Both the position numbers and the translations under genes were made by a program. A stretch of 64,000 bases of DNA from Flaccisagitta enflata (Eukaryota): positions 15,190,001 through 15,254,000 of the forward strand of contig OZ231126.1 of the NCBI GenBank assembly GCA_965153355.1, written 5' to 3'. The notes beneath the pieces are model-generated. The model ran no database searches. It worked only from the letters and a program-made list of their open reading frames with translations, and was not told the DNA's origin. Below, piece after piece: positions 26,617-40,621 of the stretch (position 1 is the stretch's first letter; each line of letters opens with the position of its first letter).

Positions 26617-28509
26617 TACAGTGGGAACTCGATTTAACGTCCTTGAAGGGACCAGGGTATTTTGGACGTTAAATCCGAGTGTTGTTAAATCGGATTCTAC
26701 AATTTTTACCATTTTTATTTCTTTTTGCTAACTCAGTCTAAGAAAACAATCAATTATACTCTAAGCCTTTATATCTAAAAATTACTTAAAAAATCTATTA
26801 GAAAAAAAAGTTGAGGGGATTAAACAATCAAACAATGTAATCAATGATAAATCATAATGAAATTTTAGCAATGATATGACTATAGTTATAACAAGCAATG
26901 AAGCATAGATAATGGCAATTTCAAATAACAGTCAAAATTATGTAAAGACAATTGTGGCAATGATAACGTCTGGCCAAAAAAAAATTGCAGGCTGAACCAG
27001 GTTAGCTAGAGAGTCGCGGTTTTTTTTGTTGGAAAGAGGAAGGTCCAATGAACATTTGTGGAGATTTTCATGACTCTCCGAGTATGTTTAGGTATGTAAA
27101 CAAACAAACAAAGTTTACCAAATTTTTGAAGGTCCAAAACTCTGTCAAGAAAAATATTTGAAATTATTCTTTTGATGTTTATTGCTCAAGAGGATCACGA
27201 TCAGTTTTCATGAAGAAAACAGTTTGTTTTATTGTTTATTTTGATTTTGGAAAATGTTGAAAATTTGTTCTTTTGTCTATCTTTTTTAATTTTTGTAAAA
27301 TCCACCAGAGACCTGCCACATGTCCTTTTTTTGGCCCTTTCCCCCTCAAAATTGATATTCTGACAAATGAACAACTTGTTTCTTGAGAAATTAGGATTCT
27401 GGACCACTTGTTGATCTATCCATCCCATATTGGCGCAATGGTAAAGATTCTCTGGTCCAGATTCTATGGTCATGAGTTCAATTCTAACCATTGCTGTTTG
27501 GCAATAGTCTGAAACACAAAAAGTGATGGGAAAATTGGTAAACTTTACTTTTGCCGATTTTTTTTTCTACAAAAGACACAAGCTAACTTTTGCTAAGTTT
27601 TGCCAAGTTAAACCAAAGCAACATGTTTTGAAGAATCATTCATAAATTCATTCTTACGTTTTATTTTCTTTAATTCAAAACAAGATTTTTTTACACACTT
27701 AATTGAAACAGTGATCCAACCATAAAAAATGGAAAGATTATAAAAATCAAATTGCTTGAATGTTAAGCTTCGGGCTAGCAACACAAATTTTATCTGGCTG
27801 AAAATTGGCCATCTTCATATCAAATTCGTAGTGTCTTTTGATCTTGACTTAGAAATGTTAAGTATATCTGTTTTTTAAATTTTCATTATTTCAAAAGTGG
27901 AGTAGATGTATTAGGTACTGTATGCAAAACTATTGAGCACTAACAACAATATGCAAATTAAATGTGAGAGTGAAATAGAGACACAACCTGAAAGCTTTTT
28001 GAGGTTTGGTATGAGAATCACATAAAATTTGCTGATTTCTCTTTATAGTTAGATGGTAAGGAAAACCATCATGCTGAACCTAGTTGATCACATTTTCACT
28101 GGAAACAAATTAAAACTAGTAATGAACAAACAAACAAGATTTGGCTTAGTACATAAATAGTTTTATTGTTGCATGGTTAACCTCATTGTAAGTTACAAAA
28201 AAATGGATGTAAACTGTTGATTAAATTGAATTGCAGCAATATGCAAATGAGCTTTAGATTTGATCAGTTTGATGATGCAAAGTATCAGCTGCCTGAAAGA
28301 TAAGGGATTATTTTGATGATTTTATCAGATGTTTAACAGTTAGGCATCCCAACTGTCAACAACCATTAGGAAATAAAATTCAAAATCCCTCAACCCATAG
28401 CCCTCATTGCTGAAGAAGGGAGAGTTAAGTGGGATTGCATTAACTGCAAATGTGAAGACTGCAATATTTAGATGAAGTTGTTGTTTTTTGTTATTTTTTT
28501 TTGCTTGTA

Positions 28510-29259
28510 CACCGTCTTTAAATCGAATTGACTTATGTTAAACCTTTATAAATCCTAAACTAATTGGCAAAAAGTCTTCAAATTTTCAGAGAATGATGGT
28601 AATATACTACGGTTTTGTTAAGCAAAACTTCAATTTTTGGCTATGGAAAGGTGAGGATCAGCTAATCATTGAAAAAAGTGGATTTTTAGGGGCAAAATCA
28701 CTTATTTCATACGGTTTCTAGAAAGAAGTTGTTATTATAAACTTACCATTTCAAAATGGAACCCTGAGACTGGTTTCAAATGAAAAAAAAAAGATATTTT
28801 TTAGTTTTGGCAAATTTTTTGACCATTTTTTTACATTTATGAAGATTTTGATCAATTTTACAGAATTTGAAAGCTGTTTGACAGCAGAATTTTTTCTCAA
28901 ATCAATCGTAACCTATTGAAATATCCAAATTTTCTGAAATTTTTTAACAGAACTGAAATCTATGATATATTGTCTGCCATTTGAGACCTTCCCCGGGGCT
29001 ATAGCTGTTTTCTTTAGAAATAGCGTGCAAATAAAGAAAGCTTCTTTGCGGAAGGAAATATGGAAGAATTGTTGCTGCTTCAAAAGTGAATTTTATTTGA
29101 TGTTTTGCCAATCCTCAACTATCTAATACCCCAATTTGAGGTTTTGTATAACAAAACCGTAGTATGTTACCAACATTCTCTGAAAATTTGAAGACTTTTT
29201 GCTAAGTAGTTTAGGATTTATAAAGGTTTAACAAAAGTCAATCCGATTTAAAGACGGTG
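28510..29259. mobile_element. TA-flanked MITE with long (>100 bp) TIRs starting CACCGTCTTTAAATCG
   Basis: TA|CACCGTCTTTAAATCGAATTGAC...GTCAATCCGATTTAAAGACGGTG|TA; the inverted match extends through AAACCTTTATAAATCCTAAACTA and beyond. Confidence 0.85.
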
Positions 29260-29479
29260 TAAACTTTAAAGTTTCTCAGTAGGTCTGTCACTGCCCCGCT
29301 GTACTTGCCTGTAACTCATCAACAGTCATTGAAGCCTCTTCAGACTTTGACATCATCGTGGAGTCTAATTGTTCAAGATTTTAATCAATTTACCAATGTG
29401 TTTTTATTGGGATTAGTCTCATGCATGGAGCTACTTAATTACAGAATGCTTAACAAGTTTTTTCCATCAACATAATCTA

Positions 29480-31220
29480 AAATTTTTTAACTCCGATTTT
29501 TTCTTCTAAATCTGAAAAAACATATTCATTAAAACATTCATTATGAATGGTTCAGGCAAAGAATTTTGTGAGTTTTTTTTCTGAATTTATCTGCAACTCT
29601 TCATAGTGAGCATCAAAAAAATAACTTTAGTGGAGGCTAGTCATTCTTGTCATGCAACAACTAGGATCTGTAAAAATTGTTATGACTACAATATGTAAAT
29701 GAGTTTTCCCTCTGTTTTTACAGACCTTGATATTATTAAGCAAAAAATCATTTTGGATCTCATTAGCATATTGTAGTATTTCTTTCTGCCGTCACAAGCT
29801 CTTACACTGTTGTAATGAGATGGATGAAATCGGCCACAGAAGAAAATTTCATGATTTAAGGAAACTGTGCTGTTGGCGGTCTCTATCAGATGGAAAAAGC
29901 ATGGTAGCCATCATGAACAATGATGAGCCATATCAGCTCATTCCAAGATGCTTTGAGTTCCAACAAACTCAAAATTGATGTTATAAGTCCCAAGAAACTT
30001 TTGGACTTAAAAGGGTCTCGCTTAATCAATCACTTCCATACCTTTTTTACTTGTGCTGTGCTAACCATTCAGATCTTTTACAGCTACTTGATATAAATTT
30101 GGCTGCGAATGAGTAGATGGATCTACAACCAGACAATTAAGACTCAAAAAAACACAACTGCAATTAGGATTTTGACCTTTCTATAGACAAGGGCTAAAAT
30201 TGTCTGAAAAAAAATACATAAAAAAGATGAAAATTGACCGAACAGATTTCCTTGCATTCAAAGCCATCAATTTTTGAATCCAGGATCTCTAATTTTCAAA
30301 CCAGATCTTACTCATAGCCTTAAATTCTTTCAAATTCTTCTTCTTGGTATAGTATTTCATGTATTGTTATCTCATGTTATTTTGAATGACAAAATGAAAA
30401 GGTTTCAAATTCAGTTACAATAGTTAAAAAATGGGCCAACAGCAATATGCAAATCAGGAGGTGGCAGATGATCTTTAACTGAAATGTAATGTAATGTAAT
30501 GGAACTGTAACAAAATGTAATTTAATGTTATCCAACTCTCATACATTTTTACCTTTAACTTTAAGAAACACTATATAAATCAACTTCATATGGCTGATAA
30601 ATTCTATGCGACGCACGTCACAGAATACTCCAAAAGAATATTGACCATCAACTATTTATAATTTTTTCTTATTTGGTTTTGTATTTTAAATCTGAAGAAA
30701 CATATTCAGCAAAATATTCATCATGATTTGTTAAAGGAAAGAATTAAGTTAATTTTTATCTGAATTCATCTCCAATTATTCATATTGAGCATCAAATAAA
30801 TGACTTTAGTCGAGGCTAGTCATTTTTGTCATGCAACAACCAGGATCAGTAAAAACTGTTACATCTACAATATGTAAATGAGTTTGCCTTCTATTTTAGC
30901 AGACCTTGATATCATTAAGCAAAGAATCTTTTTGGATCTCATTAGCATTTTGTAGCAATTCTTTTCTCCATCACAAGCTCTTATGCAATGAAAGAAATTT
31001 GCCACAGAAGAAAATTTCATGATTTTAGGGAACTGTTCTGTTGGCGGTCTCAATCATTTGGAATAAACTTGGTAGCCAGCATGAACTATATGATGAGCTT
31101 GTCAGCCCATTCCAAGGTGCCTTGAGAGTTCAAAAAAAAAAAAAAATTGATATTAGTTGCTTTATACAACATTTGGCCTTTAATTTATTAGAGTCTCGTT
31201 GAATCAATTACATCCATAAC
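29480..31220. repeat. Diverged direct duplication of ~560 bp (about 29480-30050 and 30660-31220)
   Basis: Shared strings AAATCTGAA.AAACATATTCA, GGCTAGTCATT.TTGTCATGCAACAAC, GCCACAGAAGAAAATTTCATGATTT and TGTTGGCGGTCTC. Confidence 0.8.
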
Positions 31221-31619
31221 TTTTTACGCGACTCTACACCCTGCTATGTTGGTCCATTGGATGGTTGGTTGGTCGGTTGGTCCTTCTCCTACTTGCCTTT
31301 TTGATTAGGGCCTTTAAGCTAAGAATTGAGCCTCCTAGGCTGATTTTGGGGCCTTCAAGGATAGAATTTGGTCCTCAAGGCTGGGATTTGGATCTGGATC
31401 TGGACCTCGAGACTGGGATTCCAGCCATAAGGCTGGGATTGAGTCAGGGGGAGGGACAAGAGAGAAGAATAAAAAATCCCACTACTGTGTAAGGGCATCA
31501 ACCCCTTCAGGGCCGCTGTCCAAATAAGGATCAGTAGGTCCAAAGGGAATTGGCCAGCCTGGAGGATAAGTTATGGTTAAAGTAACATCTTAAAGGAGGA
31601 AGTGCAATTACTTATGATA

Positions 31620-33340
31620 TTCATTGAAAATATTTTTTTAGTCTGTAAGGAGCAAAATGAATTGCTCCAAGGCATTGCAGATATCAAGAAATGGACTTGC
31701 CTGTTAGACTGATGGACTAATGATCGATAAAATACCGATTCATGCACCTGAAAAAAAATAACATTCAGGATTTTCTAAGTAACTATAGAGCTGCAATATG
31801 CAAATAAGATTGACAGTGTCCCTTTTCAATGATTCATACTGTTTTAGCTGCTTAATAGGTTGAAAAACAAGTGGACGGTTCTGTATCTCTTAATTCTAAC
31901 TAACAATGGCTTGTGAGTCAATGGATGTGCATAGATTGGCTAGTTAGGGTATCTGGATAGAAGAACTAAGTGACAATTACACTTCATTTAAAATACCAAA
32001 ATTTTTGTAATTATCTGAGTTTTTTAGGTAATTATTAGACTGCAAGGAGCAAACTGAATTCCAGTATAATAGAAGTCAAATTATGGAATGGCTCTTAGGC
32101 ATTGCAGATTTCAAGAAATGGACTTGACTGTTAGACCAATGGACTAATGATTTACTCGAGACCAACCCATGCACCTGAGAAAAAATGGACATTCAGGAAG
32201 TTTATCAAAGGTCACTAAAGAGCTGCAATATGCAAATCAGAATGACACAGTCCCTTCTCAGTCTTTCATACTTTTTTGGCTACATAATAGGTTGAAACTA
32301 GTCATCCAAGAATCCAGATCCAAATACCCAATGCCCTGCTTGGAGTGATCAGGTGAAGAAGTGGATTGAGAGCAGGGCAGGGGCCCCAAAGGGCCAATAT
32401 CCTGTAGGACACAGGGGTAAATTTTCAGACATCCTTAAAGGGCCTCAGATAACTGGTTTAGGTCACCGAAAGAAGATTTAAGGACTAGAGTGCTGATTTG
32501 GGGGTGGAAGACAATAAGATGGTTCTCTATCTTTTAATTATCAAGTAAAAGCAGCCAGATTGCTCGTGCGCCAATAAAAAGGGCATAGAATGGTTTTTGA
32601 GAGTATCTGTACTCTAGTGAAGAACTAACACTTATTCATTAAAGTCATAATCTCCCAAGTTTTGCAATGGTGAATGTTTTTGTTGATTTTCGTTAGACTT
32701 TTAGGAGCAAAATGAATTCCAATATGATAGTGGTCCAGTAATGCATTCATTTGCAGATATCAAGGGATTGACTTGATGGTTGGACTAATAGATCTACTAG
32801 AGACCAATCAATGCCCCTTAAAAATGACATTCTGGAAGTTTTTTTTAGGACACTCTAGAGCTGCAATATGCAAATGAAATTGCTTGACCCTTCTCAGTCT
32901 TTTGTACTGTTTTATCTGCATAATATGTCTAACAAAGAGATGGAAGGTAAACGAAAGGTGCTCTATCTCCTTATTCATCTCTTTATTCAACAAGCCAGGG
33001 TGTAAAGGACGTAGACTGGTATGAATGGTTGTCTAATGGGAAGATTTACACCCTTTTAGGAATAGCATAATTATCTAAGATTTTCAAAAGCATTTTATTT
33101 ACTTTTTTTTTCTTTGTTAGACTGTAAGGAGCAAAATGAATTCCTAAACAGTAGTGGTTCAGTTGTGGAATGACTCTTAAGCATTGCAGATATCAAGAGA
33201 TGGACTTGATTGTTAGGCTAATGGACAAATGATCTTTGAGAGACCAATCCATGCCTTAAAAAAGGAACATTCAAAAAGTTTTTTTTCTAGGCCACTATTA
33301 AGGTGCAATATGCAAATGAGATTGACAATGACCCTTTGAA
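31620..33340. repeat. Diverged tandem repeat, ~400-430-bp unit x4, each carrying GCAATATGCAAAT
   Basis: Unit marker (GT)AAGGAGCAAA(A/C)TGAATT at about 31645, 32042, 32701 and 33124; one unit is lengthened by an inserted dispersed repeat. Confidence 0.8.
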
Positions 33341-35126
33341 GTCATTTCAGGTGCGCCAAAGCAACTCTAAAACTAGTCTGTTGGTTGGTCCGCCAGTTGG
33401 TGTGTCTGTTGGTCGGTACCGCATTTGTTCCATGATCCACACGGCGCACCTTGGCCTATAAGCCCTTTTTTACTGTTTAAGCTGCATTAAAGGTAAGAAA
33501 AATGGGTGGAAGACATATGGATGGTTCTATATCTGTTAGTTCTCATTTGAAACAGGCAAGGTTGCTAATGAATTGACAGGTGTAAAGGGTATTGACAGGT
33601 TTGTGAAGATATCTAAAAGGAGGGGCATTGGTAATAATGAGGATATTTGATAAGGTTGCAATGAGCCCAAAAAATCGAGACAAAGCATGACAAATGCAGA
33701 CAAAAGGAGGTTTTGTTTTTCATCATTTCATTTTTACAACTTATTCCATCACAGTGAATGAAACTATTAAGCCTACAGCATAGAAAAGATCTTCTGACAT
33801 AACAAAATATAGATCAAATCAATAGTTCATGCATTACAATCAACGGTATATTTGAAGAAATAAAAAAGAAAATTTTGATAAAAAGATATAGACGGAGAGG
33901 TTTAATTGCACTCTACAGTATGCAAATGAGATTGTATCTGACCCTATGAAAGTCAAAGTGTTAACTAGTGGAAAAATCTTGTTCTCTTCTTACAAAAATG
34001 GCCCTGATTTGAATTTAGCAAAAACTTTTGCCAATGGATGCAGACTTCTGTAGGTATAATCTTTTTAAAGAAGTGTATCAAGCAATTAAACATTTTTGGT
34101 TTTTGAAGGCAAGTTGTTGTAAAACTACAGGTCAAGAGGCAGATTGGCTTCACCTTTTTAAATCATTTGCATATTGCAGATATTGTCTTCTCCTGATCAA
34201 AATCTTTAGCCACGTTTCACATATGAATTTTTTGTATTCTATTATCAATCTAGACTCTTGATGATGTCCTGTTCTCCAGTACCTTTCTGTTTCATGTCTT
34301 ATTCTGGTAGTAAGACACTGTCTGTTAACAAATCTCATTCATCCTAAAGGAATGTTTCTGACCTTCCTCTTCAACGATCTGTTTCATCCTTAAAGTTTTT
34401 TTGGGGATTGGAAAAAGGGGCTCATTTTCTTTTAAATGTTAAAGGATTAACATTGAAAACAAATTCTCAGTTTCAGTTCAGCCATTGATAGGGAAAAAAG
34501 AAGCAATTAAGCCTTGGTTTTGTGAGTATTTGAGGGTTGATTTCAGGGGTAGGGTTCAGTGGTATGAGTAAGTTAAAGGGTAGGGATGTACCACGCGTAC
34601 CAAAAAAAAAGACGCACCTTTCTTTTCATTGTCAAAACAGATACAAAAAATGATCAAAATTTTTTTAAATTGAGATATTTTTAAAGATTGTTAAAAAATC
34701 TTTCAATGTAAACTAATCCCAGGTCAATATCTCAAACGGTTTAAGGGCTAGAACCTTCCAAAAAGAAACTCTATTTTGCTAAAATGCACTTTTTATATAA
34801 GGATTGGCACAGTTTTCATTCAAACTAATGCCATTTCCAAACAAAAAAAAAATAGAAATACCAGATTGAAACCATATGAAAGTATTTTCAAAGGGCTTTC
34901 CAATGATCTAGAATTTTATTAGGTTCAATGGAAATATGTTGCCACAATAAGCAATTCAAAAGTGTTTCCTTTTTATTGATACACATGGTACTTAGAAATA
35001 GGGATGAAGGTTGATTTACGGCCAGAGTTGGTAAGGGGTTGGTTGTCAGAATTTACTTGACAGATCGACCCACCAAGTAAAGCAACACCACTGGTCAGGC
35101 ATCCGGGGTGTCTTTAGCAATTAGGA

Positions 35127-35305
<179 letters not shown>

Positions 35306-35539
35306 TTTCTCTCTCTTGTAAAGACCATTTTTTTTGTTGATCCAAAAAGGCCTAATTTCCGGACCTTTTGTAACAAGAAAGAAGAGTCACCATGTTCCGC
35401 AAATTGACTTTAACTTTTATTTTTCTCTCCACTAGCTTCGTTAATCCAACTCACAGCGATCGCGCTGAGTCAACCCAATGCAAGGCCAGGCTTTGTTATC
35501 CAACAAAAAGAGAGGGAGAGAAAAGGAAAGGATTCATTT

Positions 35540-38440
35540 TGATCTTGGTAATTCAAAGTCTGTGTGTAGCTTAGGTGTGCTTGGGTGTTTGGGTTTACAT
35601 GCAAAGTTTCATCAGAGGACTACAGGGAAAGATTGTAAGTGAAGAGGAGGATCACAGTGCTTTCATGTCCCTTCATGTCTCCTAATGTCTTTGTATGTCC
35701 TTTTATGTCTTTTTATGTCTTTTTATGTCTTTTTATGTTTCTTCATGTCTCCTCATGTCTTTTTGTATCTCCTCATGTCTTTTTATGTCTCCTTCTGTCT
35801 CTTTCTGTCTCTTCATGTCTTCTCATGTTTTTTTTCTTGTCTCTTCATGTGACTTAATGTCTCTTCATTTCTTTTAATGTCTTTTCCTGTATCCTAATGT
35901 CTTTTTATGTCTGTTCATGTCTTTTCATGTCTTCTCATGTCTGTTCATGTCTGCTCATGTGTTTTCACGTCTCATAATGTCTTTTCATGTCTCCTCATGT
36001 CTCCTTATTTCTCATCATGTCTCCTCATGTCTTTTCAAATCTCTCCATATCTCTATATGTCTTTTCATGTCTCCTTACCCTTTTCATGTTTCCTCATTTC
36101 TCTTCATGTCTCCTCATGTCTTCATTTTTTTTTTATGTGTCTTCATGTCTTTCCACGTCTCTTTATGCTGTCTCATGTCACTTCATGTCTCCTCATGTCT
36201 TTTCATGTCTCCTCAGGTCAATTCATGTCTCCTCATGTCTTTCCATGTCTTTTCATGTTTCCTGTCTTTTAATGTCTCTCTTTATGTCTCCTCATGTCTT
36301 TTCATTTCTTTTCATGTCTCCTCATGTCTTTTCATGTCTCTTTCTGTCTTTTCATGTCTTTTCTTGTCTCTTCATGTCTCCACATGTCTCTTTATGTCTT
36401 TTCATTTCTATTCATATCTTTTCATGTCTTTTCATGTCTTTTCCTGTCTTTTCATGTCTTTTTCTGTCTTTCTATGTCTCTTTATGTCTCTTCATGTCCC
36501 CTCATGTCTTCTCATGTCTCTCCAGCTTTTTTTTATGTCTCTTCATGTCTCTTCTTGTCTGTTCATGTCTTTTCATGTTTTCTCATGTCTCTTCATGTCA
36601 GCTTTTGTCTTTTCATGTCTCCTTATGCTTATTCATGTTTCCTCATGTCTCTTCTTGTCTGTTCATGTTTTATAATGTCTCTTCATGTTTGCTTTTGTCT
36701 TTTCATGTCTACTCATATCTCCTCATGTCTCTTCATGTCTCCCTATGTCTCCTCATATCTTTTCATGTCTCCCATGTCTCTTTATGTCTGTTCATGTCTT
36801 TCCATGTCTCTCCATGTCTTTTCATGTCTCTTCATGTCTTATCATTTTTCTTTTTATGTCTCCTCCTGCTTTTCATAACTTGTCATGCCTATTCACCCCT
36901 ACCCCTAACTAAGAGACATGAAGAGACAGAAAGAGACATGAAAAAATATGAGAAGTCATGAAAAGACAAAAAGAGACATGTAGAGACAAAAAATGATATG
37001 AAAAGACATGAAGAGACATGAAAGGACACAAGAAGATATGAATAGACATGGAAAAGCATGAGGAGACATGAAAAGACATTACAAAACTTAAAAAACCATG
37101 AAGAGACATGAGGAGACAAGATAGGACATGAAAGACATAAGAGACATAAAGAGATATGAGGAGACATGAAAAGACATGAGGAGACATGATAAGACATGAA
37201 AGACATAAGAGACATAAAGAGATATGAGGAGACATGAGGAGCCATGAGAAGACATGAAGAGACAAAAAAGACATGAAGAGCTTGGGAAGACATGAAAAGA
37301 GATAAGGACACATGAAAAGACATAAGGAGTAATGAAATGACATGAATAAACATGAGAAGACATGAAGAGACATGAGAAAACATGAAGAGAAATAAACAGA
37401 CATGAAAAACATAAGAAGACATGAAAAGACATGGGAAAAATGAAAAGACATGAAAAGACATGAAAAGTTAAAGAGAGACATCAAAAAACATGAAGAGACA
37501 TAGAGATGTGAAGACAAATGGAAAGGCATGCATAGAAATGAAAAGACATAAAAAGACATGGAGAGACATGAAAAGACCAGAGGAGGAAGGAGGCTGATAA
37601 TGTGTAAAGAGCTCTTTTAGGGTATGACTTTTTTCTTTGGAACGAATTCTACCACTTAGTTTTGATTTTTGATCTTTTTATGGTCAGAAAAAGTCACTAT
37701 CAAGAAATTCTTCGATCAATTTGTAATCTTTGATTACTAACGCAACCTGATTTTTGTGTGTCATAGTGCAGTTGAGAATGAAGTGAAACATAGATGAGTT
37801 ATCATTTGCTATGTTTTGTTAAGAACAAAAAAATGTTTCCTCAACCTCTTCTGTTACGATTTCTATAGCAATCTGGTTTTAATGATTTTTTATATTACTA
37901 AAGTTAATTTTAGCTATCTTCCTAGGCCGTAAGAATTGATTTAACAGCAGATTCTTCTTAGTTTGACATGAATTTGTGTGAAACAAGAAAAAAAATAATT
38001 CTTACGGCATGTTAGGTACCCTGCCGGCCCCCCCTGTGAAAAGACATGGAGAGACATGGGGATAATGAAAAGACATGAGGGGACAAGAAAAGACATGAGG
38101 AGAGACAAAAAGATATGAAGAGACATGGGAAGACATGAGAAGACATGAGGAGACATGAAGAGACATGGAAAGACATGAAGGGATATGATCATATGAAGAC
38201 ACATGTAGAGACATCAGGATACATGGACAAACATGAGGAGACATGAAGAAACATGAGGAGACATGAAAAGACGTGAGAAGACATGGGGAGACATGAAGAG
38301 ATGGGAAGACATTGACATAAAACTGCGAACCTCCTCTTCACTTACAATCTTTCCCTGTACTCTCTGATGAAACGGTGCACGTAAACCCGCTCACCCAAAT
38401 GCCCCTAGGCTACACAAAAACTTTGAATTTCCCAGATCAC
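35540..38440. mobile_element. Foldback-like element: ~120-bp unique TIRs plus inverted arms of a ~10-bp (TCATGTCT[T/C]) satellite
   Basis: CAGGGAAAGATTGTAAGTGAAGAGGAGG (about 35625) is the reverse complement of CCTCCTCTTCACTTACAATCTTTCCCTG (about 38330). The satellite flips strand at about 36900. Confidence 0.82.
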
Positions 38441-38806
38441 ATCTCGGCAAAAACAGTTGCAAAGATGAGGAGCGTCCGAATTGCAGTTATCGGGTCCAAG
38501 TTCAGTGAGCAACTGAAAAAAAGTTTCTCAATACATTTTTTTTCTCGGCGAAGCAGAGAAAATGGGGCATCCTCTTAATCACGAAATTCGTGCTTAAGTT
38601 AAACTTGTTTTCACTGAAGCACGACGTCGTGCTTCAGAGGAAAGAGAAAGAACTGGCATTTTTCAAGCTCGTGCTTCAGTGAAATGGGAAAAATAAGTTT
38701 TCATCATGATGTCGTGCTAAAATGGAAATCAAATGCACTCATTATTGACCAAAAAATTCTCTATTTCACCTCCCATTGCACTATTGTTTCTCTTTCTCTC
38801 TCTCTC

Positions 38807-38918
<112 letters not shown>

Positions 38919-39264
38919 TTTCTCTCTTTCTCTCTCTCTGTGTTTATTTGTATCTTGTTGAACTACGAATTTTAACGTTTTTGCTTTCGACGTTGATTGT
39001 CACGAATGCCGTGGATTTGATGGCCCACTATGCGCCGTAATGACATGAAATGCACTATTCGCTCAATTGTCCCAAAATAAAAGAAAAATCAAATGATAAT
39101 GTTTAGGAAAAAACAAAGATTTTTTTAAAAAAATATTATGTTAATTATGTGATAAAACTTTAATTAGTTCAGGCTTGAGACTCTTCAGAACAGATATTTT
39201 TAACCTTCATCAAATTTATTTATTGTAAATAAAATAGTTTTTTTTTACTGTTTAAAATCCTAAT

Positions 39265-39700
39265 ATAAAAAATTTGATGCAAAAAAAAATTTGATGCAAA
39301 AAAAAAAAAATTTGATGCAAAAAAATTTAAAAAAATATTTGATAAGAAAAATCTTTTTCTAAAAAGAAAATATTAGATGCATGTAAAATTTTTTTGATGC
39401 AAAAAAAATTTTGATGCAAAAATTTTTTTGATATAAAAATTTTTTTGATGCAAAAAAAATTTGGTTGCAAACAATTTTTAAAAAATAATTGTTTTGATGA
39501 CAAAAATTTTTTATATCAAAATTTTTTAATGCAAAAAATTTTTGATGCAAAAAAATTTTAGTGCAAAAAAATTTTGAATGCAAAAAAAATTCATGCTTAA
39601 AATTTTGATGCAGAAAAAATAATATAATAAGAGAAATATTTTTTTCATTTTCATTTTTTTTTTCCAAAAAAAATTTTGATGCAATTGAAATTTTGATAAG
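39265..39700. repeat. AT-rich ~20-bp tandem repeat (AAAAAAATTTTGATGC)
   Basis: Repeated TTTGATGCAAAAAAA units. Confidence 0.8.
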
Positions 39701-40563
39701 CATTTTTTCTAGAATTTAGAAAATCTTTGCATCTGATAAAAAAGTTCTAATGAATGTAAAAATACAGATCCTATCAAATTAGCAAAAACAGCAATATGAA
39801 ATATATGCTTAATTGATATTTCAAAATTGCCCTTTTACAAATTCAATTTTATTTTTCATTGATTTATCCTAAGTAAAATATCATTTTACTTTTAAAGATG
39901 GCCTATAGAAAATTTTGAAATCGCGCACAAAAAATTTAGTAGATAGCCCTGGTGGAGCTGATTCCAAATCTGTGCCCATTTACCTTTGCATGAACATTAA
40001 GTACCTCAAAAAACCTCAAGTAGGTTTTCTTGGGTCACTGGCTTGGAGGAGCAATAGAAAAAAATAAGAACCGCCATGTACACGGCAATTATAGTCGCGA
40101 ATGGGCAGGGGCAGTGATGTGAGAGGACATTCAATCACTTTAGTAAGAGCGACGATGAAAAAAATGCAAAAAACCGACAAACGAGACTGACCGATGAACC
40201 AACCAACCAACAGACAGACCAACGACCCTCGTGGCTTATAGAGTCATGTGGCACGTGATTAAAAACGAGGCTTGTGGGTGGGCAGGAGCACTGATATAGA
40301 AGACCATTCAGGCACTCAGGCTGGTCCAGCGACATAAAACCGCACAACTCGATGTACATGATGAACCGACAAATGGAGTGACCAACCGACGGACACTGCT
40401 CAATAATCCTGATGCATCGCGGCCTCTACTAATCTGTAGGTTTATCTATCTATCCATCTATCTATATTTATCTATCGGCCAATCACGGGCTACCCCAACT
40501 ATACATTAATTGAGTTTTTATCTTTTTAGAGAGAGAGAAACCTATCAAGCAACGTGCGCGCGC

Positions 40564-40621
<58 letters not shown>

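Noticed and set aside
28510-29259. CAC-initiated TIR element as a second Transib/RAG-type element
   Set aside because: It is flanked by TA rather than a 5-bp TSD and has long symmetric TIRs, which fits a Tc1/mariner-type MITE better.
35639-38244. Long ORFs up to 324 aa rich in MSFHVSSCL
   Set aside because: Translation of a 10-bp satellite, open in several frames at once.
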